Positions 55,947 through 64,000 of a stretch of DNA of 64,000 bases are shown here, one piece after another. Numbering within the stretch: the first letter of the stretch is position 1; every line of letters starts with the position of its first letter. The stretch lies in the NCBI GenBank assembly GCA_964519305.1, contig CAZFHY010000008.1, positions 32,001-96,000 on the forward strand, given 5' to 3'. The position numbers and the translations under genes were made by a program. This DNA comes from Candidatus Undinarchaeota archaeon (GTDB lineage: Archaea; SpSt-1190; JASMDC01). The notes under the pieces are model-generated. The model did not search any database and was not told where the DNA came from. It saw only the letters and a list, made by a program, of their open reading frames with translations.

Positions 55947-57749
55947 CTACTTTTGCTTGCGCTCAGTGATGTCCTCTACCACCGCCACGATGAACTGAGG
56001 CTTGCCGGTAGGATCGTGCAACATGGACGCGTTGAGGTTCCCCCAGATCTCTGAGCCGTTCTTCTTGAAGAACCGCTTCTCTATCTGGTAGTGTTCGCGT
56101 TTCCCATCGACCATCTCTTTGACAAGGGCGTAGTCCTTTAGCATATCCTCCGGATGCGACAGGTCGAACACGAGCTTACCACGCAGTTCGTCACCAGAAT
56201 ATCCGAAGAAGCGCTGTAGTGCGCGATTGGTCTCGAAGATCCGACCATCAAGGTGCATGCGCGCGATACCCACAGCAGAGCGATCGAAGATGGCCCGGAA
56301 GAGCTCCTCGCTGGTCCGGAGCGCGTCCTGTGCTTCCTTCAGCGCGGTGAAATCCTCGACGACGGCGAGCACACGGTTGACGGAACCTTCCTCGTCCTTG
56401 ATGGGCGAGAGGTGGTACCGCAGGTGGATCTTCTTCCCCCATGCGGTCGTGTACGGGTGCTCTGAGACCGTGATCTCGCCAGTGTCTATGCATTGGCGGA
56501 AATCGGCTGACACACCGACGTCGACCAGGGGCGGGAAGGTCAGGATGTTGATCGCTTTCGTGGCCTCCGCTGAGGGCGAACCGAGTATCTTGAGGATAGC
56601 CGGGTTTACAGCAAGGATGGCGCCGCCCATATCAGAGTTGAGGATCCCCACCGGTGCGTTGTCGAACAGGAGCCGGATGCGCTGTTCGCTCATCCTCAGG
56701 GCCGCCTCAGCCTTCTGACGCTCCATTGCGTTACCGATTATCTCTGCCACCACCTTTAGGAGAGTGACGTTCTCTTCGCTCCATTCCCCGATCTGCTCAA
56801 TGTTATCGAAACCAAGGAATCCGGAAGTCTCGCCCCCGACCATCAACGGGAGCACCAGAAGTGACTTGATGTCCTGTTCCTCGAGGAGTTTCCGCTCGGC
56901 AGTGGCCTCCTTGGGGAGCTTCGAGACATCAGTGATATGTATAAGCTCGTTCTTGAGGATCCGGGACATCCACCAGGGCAACATGTCCGAGGGGAGACCT
57001 TGAAGATTCTCCTTCTGAGGTTCCACCCCCTCGCTACACCACTCATGGGTGTTGTCCATCATGCGCTGCTCGTCGCGAAGAGCGAACAGATAAGCGCGAC
57101 TGGCACCGGATAGTGTCCCCATGTCCTTCAGCGTGGCCGATAGGGCCGAGTCCATGTCCGTCACGTTCACGAACCGTTCCGAGACGCCCGTGATCGTCTC
57201 CTCCACTTTCAGCCTCCTGTTGAGCGCCGCCTCGACTTTCTTACGCGCGGTTATGTCGAGAATGGAAACGAAGACCTTGGAGAGACTCTCCTCATGTCCG
57301 GGTGCCACGGCAAGGCTCAGCTGGATGTCGATCCGGTCCCCCTTCAGGGTATTGTTGATAGCCTCGGTCTCAAAGGTGGTCTTCCCCTCAGCGAGCGCGA
57401 TGATCTCTTCCCTGAAAACAGGGAAGGACTCCTCCCCGAATACTATCGGAAGTCCCTTGAGCAGTTCATTCTTGTTCTTGGCCTTATAGAGATCGAGTGT
57501 ACGCTGGTTGATATCGATGATCTTGACGAGACCAGCGCACTTTGCTACGTCCTCAGGATGTTCCTCGAAGTACTTACGGATGTCCTTGATACCCTTCTTC
57601 CGAAGTTCATCGAAGAAGGCCTTACCTGCCGTGAAGTCCTCTTCCCATAGGGATATGGGCGAGTACTCGAACAATCCGCGATAGCGTGACTCCTCTTCAG
57701 AAATATCATTCTTTACTCGTTGTTTCTCTTTCGTTGAACCCTTTGCCAT
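55947..57749 (-). CDS. PAS-GAF-PAS-PAS sensor protein without output domain
   Basis: YRGLFEYSPISLWEED, GAF segment NTHEWC...GFLGFD, two further PAS/PAC units; ends EDITERKQK. Confidence 0.85.
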   Translation of the reverse strand: MAKGSTKEKQRVKNDISEEESRYRGLFEYSPISLWEEDFTAGKAFFDELRKKGIKDIRKYFEEHPEDVAKCAGLVKIIDINQRTLDLYKAKNKNELLKGLPIVFGEESFPVFREEIIALAEGKTTFETEAINNTLKGDRIDIQLSLAVAPGHEESLSKVFVSILDITARKKVEAALNRRLKVEETITGVSERFVNVTDMDSALSATLKDMGTLSGASRAYLFALRDEQRMMDNTHEWCSEGVEPQKENLQGLPSDMLPWWMSRILKNELIHITDVSKLPKEATAERKLLEEQDIKSLLVLPLMVGGETSGFLGFDNIEQIGEWSEENVTLLKVVAEIIGNAMERQKAEAALRMSEQRIRLLFDNAPVGILNSDMGGAILAVNPAILKILGSPSAEATKAINILTFPPLVDVGVSADFRQCIDTGEITVSEHPYTTAWGKKIHLRYHLSPIKDEEGSVNRVLAVVEDFTALKEAQDALRTSEELFRAIFDRSAVGIARMHLDGRIFETNRALQRFFGYSGDELRGKLVFDLSHPEDMLKDYALVKEMVDGKREHYQIEKRFFKKNGSEIWGNLNASMLHDPTGKPQFIVAVVEDITERKQK

Positions 57750-57923
57750 CGTGACCCCCCATTTTCCTGGATTGTGTCTCACGGAGCCCGCAGGTTCACT
57801 CTGTGCGCCGCGGTTTACTTGAATAGCACACATTGAGGCACGCCGCGCCAGGTCACGGCGCCACCAGTCATTTGTATCTCGCCGAAGTCTTAAAGGTTTT
57901 ACGCTAACGTCGCGTCATCGGTG

Positions 57924-58697
57924 CTAAAGGGAGTCGAGGAGCCTCGGTAGGTCCGCGATGCTCTCAAGGACGTGATCGGGGCGTATATCCGTCGTTTCGA
58001 GATCGGCCTTTTCCGTAGCACCGGTGAGCACCAGGCATGTCCTGGTACCGGCTCGGATACCTGCTAGAATGTCGGTGTCCAACCTGTCGCCGACCGTGAG
58101 GATGTGTTCGGGAGATGTTTCCAGCTCATCGAGGGCGATGTCCATGATGATGCGTTCGGGCTTTCCAACGACGAGCGGGTCTGTACCGGACGCGCGCTGG
58201 AGAGCAGCGACCTGGGCCCCGTTCCCGGGGAGGAAGCCTTTCTCATCAGGTATGGTCGGGTCGGGATTCGTTGCCACGAACAGGGCACCTTCCAGGACCT
58301 CTCTTAGCCCAGATGCCATCTTCTCATAGGAGAACGACCGGTCGAGGCCGACGACAACGGCCTCGGCCCCGTGATCGACGACCTTGATGTCCTCGAGAGC
58401 GAGCTCGTCCACAAGACCTCGCTCCCCGATGACGAGGGCACTGTGTATCCCGGTCCGGGAAAGGTGCAGTGCCGTCGCTCGTGACGAGTTGAGCACTGAA
58501 CAGCGCTCCATGTCTATACCCATGGATGAGAGCCTCTTACGATACTGGGCCCGTGAACGTGTCGAGTTGTTGGTGAGAAAAAGGACTTTCAGCCGTTCCG
58601 AGAGAGTATTGATCGCATCGATTGCCCCCGGCAGTGGAGTGTTCCCGCGGTAGACCACACCGTCGATGTCCACGATGAGGCCGGTGATGGATGCCAT
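57924..58697 (-). CDS. HAD-IIA (NagD-like) phosphatase
   Basis: DIDGV, LTNNS, ATNPD, VGKP and GDRLDTDI motifs. Confidence 0.93.
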   Translation of the reverse strand: MASITGLIVDIDGVVYRGNTPLPGAIDAINTLSERLKVLFLTNNSTRSRAQYRKRLSSMGIDMERCSVLNSSRATALHLSRTGIHSALVIGERGLVDELALEDIKVVDHGAEAVVVGLDRSFSYEKMASGLREVLEGALFVATNPDPTIPDEKGFLPGNGAQVAALQRASGTDPLVVGKPERIIMDIALDELETSPEHILTVGDRLDTDILAGIRAGTRTCLVLTGATEKADLETTDIRPDHVLESIADLPRLLDSL

Positions 58698-58702
58698 GTC
58701 CG

Positions 58703-60139
58703 CTATCCCTTAGCGACTGCCAGCGGGACCATCCGGGCGACCTTCCGGGCAAGACCTGCCGCGTTGACTGAGTCGACCACGGCAGATACGTCCTTGTATG
58801 CACCAGGGGCCTCCTCGGCAATGACCTTCGGGTTCGTGGCCATTACGGCGATACCCTTGTTGGACAGTTCTTGTTTCAGTGTGTTCCCGCTGAACTCGCG
58901 AAGTGCCTGATGTCGGCTCATTACCCTGCCCGCACCGTGACAGGTCGAACCGAAACATTCGCTCATTGCTTTTTCAGTGCCAGCAAGAAGATAGGACGCA
59001 GTGCCCATATCTCCGGGGATGATCACCGGCTGGCCAACGTCACGATAGTCGGCAGGGACCTCGCTACGTCCTGGACCGAATGCCCGGGTCGCACCCTTCC
59101 TGTGAACGCACACCTTTGACCGTGTGCCGTCCACGTCATGCTCTTCCATCTTGGCGATATTGTGGCATACGTCGTACACAAGGCGCATCTCGGGATCGCC
59201 CCCGAACACCTGCTTGAAGCTCTCCCTCACCCAGTGAGTCATGACCTGTCTGTTGCAGAACGCATAGTTGACAGCGCAGAACATCGCTGCCAGATAGTTA
59301 TCGGCCTCGCGGCTCCCAAGTGGAGCACATGCGAGCTCTTTGTCCGGGAGCGTGATCCCATATGCTCGCGATGCTGCTAGCATGATCTTCACATAATCGC
59401 TGCACACCTGATGTCCGAACCCTCGTGAACCGCAGTGGAGCATGACCATCGCCTGCCCCTCCTCCACACCGAACGCCTTGGCGGCACGCTCGTCGTACAC
59501 CTCAGCGACCTCCTGCACCTCCAGGAAGTGATTGCCTGCGCCCAGCGTCCCCAGTTGGGGAACACCGCGCTTCCGGGCCCGTACATCTACCCTGCTCGGA
59601 TCAGCTCCATCGATGCACCCGCTCTCTTCCATATGCTCAAGGTCGGCAGTGGTCCCATAGCCGTTCTCCACGGCCCACCCCGCACCTTGGACCATGACAT
59701 CCTCGAGGTGGCGTCCGCCAACGCGTAACCTGCCCTTGCTGCCTACTCCGGACGGGATGTTCTTGAAAAGCGTCGGAAGGAGGTCCTTAAGCCCGGGCCT
59801 GATCTCCTCACCGGTGAACGGCGTTGTCAGGAGACGGACACCGCAGTTGATGTCGTATCCCACGCCACCGGGCGAGACCACGCCGTCCTCGAGCGAGAAT
59901 GCAGCGACACCACCGATGGGGAACCCGTAACCCTGATGGCCGTCGGGCATGACGAATGATCTGGAGATGATCCCGGGAAGCTTGGCCACGTTCGTTGCCT
60001 GCTCCAGGGTCTTGTCCCGTCGCATGGTCGTTGCGATACTCTTGCTCCCGTACACGCGAACTGGCACTCTCATGCCATGGTCGGCGGGGATCTCCCATGT
60101 AACGTCAGAGACCTGCTCAAGTGCTCCATCCCAGGCCAT
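58703..60139 (-). CDS. rtcB: tRNA-splicing ligase RtcB
   Basis: MPDGHQGYGFPIGG, GYDINCG, GNHFLE, HCGSRG, HRKGAT, HGAGR, EEAP.AYK and terminal KG motifs. Confidence 0.97.
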   Translation of the reverse strand: MAWDGALEQVSDVTWEIPADHGMRVPVRVYGSKSIATTMRRDKTLEQATNVAKLPGIISRSFVMPDGHQGYGFPIGGVAAFSLEDGVVSPGGVGYDINCGVRLLTTPFTGEEIRPGLKDLLPTLFKNIPSGVGSKGRLRVGGRHLEDVMVQGAGWAVENGYGTTADLEHMEESGCIDGADPSRVDVRARKRGVPQLGTLGAGNHFLEVQEVAEVYDERAAKAFGVEEGQAMVMLHCGSRGFGHQVCSDYVKIMLAASRAYGITLPDKELACAPLGSREADNYLAAMFCAVNYAFCNRQVMTHWVRESFKQVFGGDPEMRLVYDVCHNIAKMEEHDVDGTRSKVCVHRKGATRAFGPGRSEVPADYRDVGQPVIIPGDMGTASYLLAGTEKAMSECFGSTCHGAGRVMSRHQALREFSGNTLKQELSNKGIAVMATNPKVIAEEAPGAYKDVSAVVDSVNAAGLARKVARMVPLAVAKG

Positions 60140-60230
60140 GATGCGGCACCTGCCCCCCAAACCTATAAAGGTTATCGAGCGCGGCCCCGCGCCATCACGC
60201 TTTTATGTATTCCCCGCAAAGCTGTCGACG

Positions 60231-60884
60231 ATGGAGAACCCGCTTGTGGGGCCGTTCGAACGTCTCGGCGGCAGACCGGCGACGGATACTGACAGACGGC
60301 TTCTCCTTGTGCTCTTGTTCATGCTAAGGTTCATCGCATTATCGCTCCCTTTCTACCTTCTTCTGGACACGGGTGTTGGCCTGCTACCGCTCCAGCGAGT
60401 GGTCGCTTCCCACACGGCGTTAGCCGCCCGTATCGTCGGTGGCGAGGCCACGCTCGTTCAGGGATGCACTGACTTTTGCACGGCAGGGGGGAACATCACC
60501 ATGTGCGGTCCATGCAGCTCGGGCATACTCCTGCACGTCCCAGCTGAACCCCTGGTGACATATATCGAGATAGTGGAGGCTTGCACAGGATGGCGGTCCA
60601 TCATGGCGTTCACCGCACTGGTCTTCGCCCTTCCCGGGACCAGCTTGCACCGCAGGCTCCTCGGGATTGCGATCGGATACCCGGTTATCTATCTTGTGAA
60701 CATCGTCCGACTCTCCTCTCTTGCATTCATCGTGCACCGGTGGGGGACCGAGTGGTTCGACCTGTGGCATACATTCCTCTGGCGGGAGGGGCTCGTCCTC
60801 GTCCTGTTCTTGATGTGGGTCACGTGGGTGGAACGTGTGGCATGGGCGGGGCCTGAACCACGCGATATCAGCGGCAATATCTGA
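60231..60884 (+). CDS. Archaeosortase/exosortase family membrane transpeptidase
   Basis: Catalytic Cys-Arg-His pattern: IVEACTG, VNIVRL, WH..LW; multiple TMs. Confidence 0.85.
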   Translation: MENPLVGPFERLGGRPATDTDRRLLLVLLFMLRFIALSLPFYLLLDTGVGLLPLQRVVASHTALAARIVGGEATLVQGCTDFCTAGGNITMCGPCSSGILLHVPAEPLVTYIEIVEACTGWRSIMAFTALVFALPGTSLHRRLLGIAIGYPVIYLVNIVRLSSLAFIVHRWGTEWFDLWHTFLWREGLVLVLFLMWVTWVERVAWAGPEPRDISGNI

Positions 60885-60996
60885 CCACTTGCATGGTGTA
60901 CGGGAGGGGGCGGCGCCGTCCCCGGCTCAGTTTTATAAAACAGGAAGCATTCTGAACGGTAAGAGCGCAGCTATAGCACAAGCGGTGAGTGAACGG

Positions 60997-62040
60997 ATGG
61001 CATTGAGATACAGGTTCGGAGTGCGGCTCGTGGTTGCAGTTCTACTCCTTTCGATCGCTCTGGGTGCCGCAGACTTCGTCGTGGCCAAGGGAGTCAACAA
61101 TCTGAAGGGAACCCTAATGCGCTGTCCTTCTCAGCCAGGACAGGAACCCAAATGTGATGCCCATTCAAAGGAAGCATCAGCGTTCATCCCTGCTGACGGT
61201 TCGGTACCGATCGTTCTTTCCATGAACGTTCCCGAGACAGTGAATGTGGACGGGGTCAAGGTCTGGGCCACTGTCGAAGCGGACAGGACCAAGGGTGTGC
61301 TCGATAGCACCTCGATCAAGGTCTCGTTCTGTACCGATTATGAGGATCCCGTTACCTGCTGTGACATGGGTATCCTCAAGATACATTGCGACCAACTCAT
61401 CTACGATGATTGTGTCGTCCTGGATCAGGACTGGCACACGTACAACGTTACGGGCGGTGATTGTTCCCTCCAGCCTGGAGAGAACCAGATCGTGCTCGCA
61501 GTCGAAGAGAGCGTTCTCGCGATTCTTATTACTCGTGTGGAGGCCCACTACGGGCTCTCGGACGAGATGATCTCAGCGATGACACCCACGTGGTATCCAT
61601 CGCAGACCCAGTTCGCCCTCGTCATTGTCGTTATCGTGCTGGGTCTAGTCGTCGGTCTCGTCAAGATGGGTATAATCAAGGGTAAGAAGGTCGATGCTTG
61701 TGCTGTATGCAGCGAAGAGAAGGAAGTACTCTTCGAGTGTCCGCAGTGCAAGCTGAAGGTGTGCTCGGAGTGCTTCATCAACGACGGTACCAACTACTGC
61801 TGCAAGAACTGCATCGCGTACAGCGGCGAATACAAGTACACCTCCGGGCTCGATGAAGGAGCGGAGATGAAGGCCGCAACGAAGTCCGAGGACAGCTTCA
61901 AGAACCTCATCGCTGATGTTGAGGCCGGAGATGTCGGTGATAAAGGGGAAGGCGTAGGTCCGTCGGAACAAGACCGGAAACAGGTGCGCGAGCAAAGTTA
62001 TGCTCCTCAACAGCAACAAGAGCAGGCCCCGCAGGGCTAG
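60997..62040 (+). CDS. Type I membrane protein with cytoplasmic double Zn-finger
   Basis: Signal peptide, beta-rich ectodomain, TM, then CxxC-x9-CxxC-x4-CxxC-x9-CxxC. Confidence 0.72.
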   Translation: MALRYRFGVRLVVAVLLLSIALGAADFVVAKGVNNLKGTLMRCPSQPGQEPKCDAHSKEASAFIPADGSVPIVLSMNVPETVNVDGVKVWATVEADRTKGVLDSTSIKVSFCTDYEDPVTCCDMGILKIHCDQLIYDDCVVLDQDWHTYNVTGGDCSLQPGENQIVLAVEESVLAILITRVEAHYGLSDEMISAMTPTWYPSQTQFALVIVVIVLGLVVGLVKMGIIKGKKVDACAVCSEEKEVLFECPQCKLKVCSECFINDGTNYCCKNCIAYSGEYKYTSGLDEGAEMKAATKSEDSFKNLIADVEAGDVGDKGEGVGPSEQDRKQVREQSYAPQQQQEQAPQG

Positions 62041-62070
62041 AGCCTCACTGACCCTCGAACTGGACCTTCT

Positions 62071-62901
62071 TTACATCCCTCGTTTCTGGTACTTAACCTC
62101 GCCGGATAGGAATACCTTCTTGGTCCTTCCTACCGGTTCGCGACGGATAATGCTACGTCCCTCGAGCCCTGCGAGGATGCGGGTCAACTTGGGTGCGGAG
62201 AAGCCGGTCTCGCGCCTCAGCTCACGCTGGGTCATACCTTCGCTCCCGAGCAGTGTATCCAGCACCGTCTCCTCGTCCTTGGTGAGCATCGCAAGAAGAT
62301 ACGAGAAGTCCTCGCGTGTCGTACGCGGGGCCGTCTCCTTCTCACGCTGCTTCTCGATGGACCTGGAGAACACCAGGATGATGATGATGATCGCTGCGGC
62401 ATATAGCGCGAGAAAGATATCGAACAGGGATGATAGCACCCGGCCCTGACGTCGCCGTAGCGGGATCACGATAGTGAGCGCGCCGTCATGGATAGCCCGT
62501 TTGAGCTCGACATTGCCTTCGAGAACAATAAGGTCCTGCGGAAGTGGTAGCGACGGTACCGAGCTGTTGTCGATGACCATCTCGTACGGCCCGAGGTCAT
62601 AAGTGATCGAAAGGTCATGCAGTGTGCACGTCGGTTCGAACGTATCGACCAGGAGCGCATGCCCCTCCAGGGGGAAGATGTTGTCGACTGTGAATCGAAG
62701 GTCATCGCCCTCGAAGGAATGCTCCTGTGCACGTTGCAGGATACCGAGGTGGGGCTCGAGCGTCCGTCCTCCTTTTAGCATACAACGGGAGGTCTCACCC
62801 TCTATCGAACAGGCGAGCTTGACGTCAGTGACCTCGCATGCTCCAGAGGCAAGAAGGAGGATCACGGTGGCCACAACCAACAGGATGCGCCCGTACCCCA
62901 T
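62071..62901 (-). CDS. Membrane-anchored winged-helix transcriptional regulator (COG2512-like)
   Basis: Signal peptide, ectodomain, TM, then LTKDE..VL...MTQRELRRETGFSAPKLTRIL..LE.R.II.R...GRT. Confidence 0.85.
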   Translation of the reverse strand: MGYGRILLVVATVILLLASGACEVTDVKLACSIEGETSRCMLKGGRTLEPHLGILQRAQEHSFEGDDLRFTVDNIFPLEGHALLVDTFEPTCTLHDLSITYDLGPYEMVIDNSSVPSLPLPQDLIVLEGNVELKRAIHDGALTIVIPLRRRQGRVLSSLFDIFLALYAAAIIIIILVFSRSIEKQREKETAPRTTREDFSYLLAMLTKDEETVLDTLLGSEGMTQRELRRETGFSAPKLTRILAGLEGRSIIRREPVGRTKKVFLSGEVKYQKRGM

Positions 62902-62953
62902 GGTCGAGGGCATGCCGCGAATCAATATAAAGGTTGTTGGACCTGCCAAGGCC

Positions 62954-63451
62954 ATGCATGGGAAGTCGTCGGACGAGCGTGAGGACAAGATCCTCGAGAT
63001 GCTGGTCGCTTTAGAGGACCGGCTCCGTTCGATCGAACGGCTCACGTTCTCGGTTTGCCTCGTCGTCGGGTTCTTCATGGTCACGATCTTGTTCCGCGTC
63101 AATATGGTCTCCTATAAGGCAGAGTACATCGTGCTCTCCGACGGTGCCGACAAGGCACGCGAGACCCTGGGCGAACTGGTCAGCTCCTATTACTGGTCAT
63201 CACAGTTCTTCTTCCTCGCGGCAGTATGCTATCTCTTTGCGACCTATTACAGAGGGATGCGTGAACAGGAGAAGCTCGCCCGAATGCTCGAAGTTGTCTC
63301 GGGATCATGTTTCGCGATCGGCGGACTGACCTTTGTGTACGCGGGTTTCAGGCTCCAGTTCGTTCAGGAGTCGGTGACGGTGTTCATAGGTGTGCTGCTC
63401 CTTGCGTTCATCGGCTTCCAGGTCGCCTTGGTCAAGGCCAGGCACAGTTGA
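62954..63451 (+). CDS. Hypothetical 4-TM membrane protein
   Basis: Four hydrophobic segments; shares a centred TATA with the divergent regulator. Confidence 0.65.
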   Translation: MHGKSSDEREDKILEMLVALEDRLRSIERLTFSVCLVVGFFMVTILFRVNMVSYKAEYIVLSDGADKARETLGELVSSYYWSSQFFFLAAVCYLFATYYRGMREQEKLARMLEVVSGSCFAIGGLTFVYAGFRLQFVQESVTVFIGVLLLAFIGFQVALVKARHS

Positions 63452-63452
63452 A

Positions 63453-64000
63453 TCACTGGGCCAGCGTGAGCGTCAGGAACTCCGTGCGCCGTGAACCGCT
63501 CCCGGGCTCGAGCACTACGACTACCCGGGTGATGCTCACCTTCTCAAGACGGGGATTGGTGGTACGGTTCGTGTCCCCGATCTCGATAGTGAGGCCGCCG
63601 GCACCGCGGTTCGGTGCAAGTCGTATATGAACGTACGGTGCGAAGTCCTTGATCAGCTCCTCTGAGTCGGTGACATGCTCCGTGAAGAACGCATTGACCT
63701 TGCGCTGGTCTAGCACTGAAGGTCTGACGAGGTTGCGGGCCGGGTCGATATAGGCAAGACCTGGCCGTCGGAGTGTCGAGACAGCACACGCCGGAGGCAC
63801 GCACTCCCATACAGCACCGCTCAGGAGCTGACCTGGTTCCCGCACCAGGGCGTCGATGAGGTCGTTGGTGCTCTTCTCCAGATGGAACCGTGACGCCCAC
63901 TCTGAGCGTTCGTTGGCAAGACGGGTGCGGGCCGAGCGTATGAGCGATACGAGGAGCAGGATGATAATGATCGCCAGAAGACCGTCCATGGCGAACACCT
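63453..64000 (-). CDS. Pilin-like protein (class III signal-peptide-type N-terminus), 5'-truncated by window edge
   Basis: (Q)VFAMDGLLAIIIILLLV...D.L...PG....W pattern resembling archaeal pilin-like families. Confidence 0.55.
   Translation of the reverse strand, partial: VFAMDGLLAIIIILLLVSLIRSARTRLANERSEWASRFHLEKSTNDLIDALVREPGQLLSGAVWECVPPACAVSTLRRPGLAYIDPARNLVRPSVLDQRKVNAFFTEHVTDSEELIKDFAPYVHIRLAPNRGAGGLTIEIGDTNRTTNPRLEKVSITRVVVVLEPGSGSRRTEFLTLTLAQ

Noticed and set aside
59949-60230. Long N-terminal extensions in the ORF track (also at 1376, 7976, 29411, 60835, 62603, 63102)
   Set aside because: They overlap neighbouring real genes; downstream starts fit TATA/RBS spacing and family N-termini

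Overview
Archaeal chromosomal segment, GC-rich by eye, with AT-rich TATA-type promoters and many apparently leaderless genes. Several gene types (short NFACT protein, AMP phosphorylase, Cys-repeat surface protein, pilin-like N-terminus) suggest a DPANN-like lineage; this is an inference. Housekeeping and metabolic genes include archaeal shikimate-pathway genes, Hsp20 with a divergent regulator, Trm112, Trm5, MTAP, GlpK, asparaginase, RNase HII, RtcB and an archaeosortase. There are five tRNAs and four GT-C-type membrane glycosyltransferases. The most striking locus (37563-47544) has a divergent tubulin/FtsZ-superfamily (CetZ-like) GTPase leading a tight operon of four exported, C-terminally anchored proteins. 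It shares a palindromic TATA element with a protein carrying a Zn ribbon and 4-5 tandem ubiquitin-like domains. Also notable: all three long-variable-arm tRNAs carry bulge-helix-bulge (BHB)-type introns in the T-loop (59/60); three divergent gene pairs have identical 52-nt spacers with an exactly centred TATA; and there is an extreme Pro/Gly/Met repeat protein. All calls come from motif recognition by eye; no searches were run.
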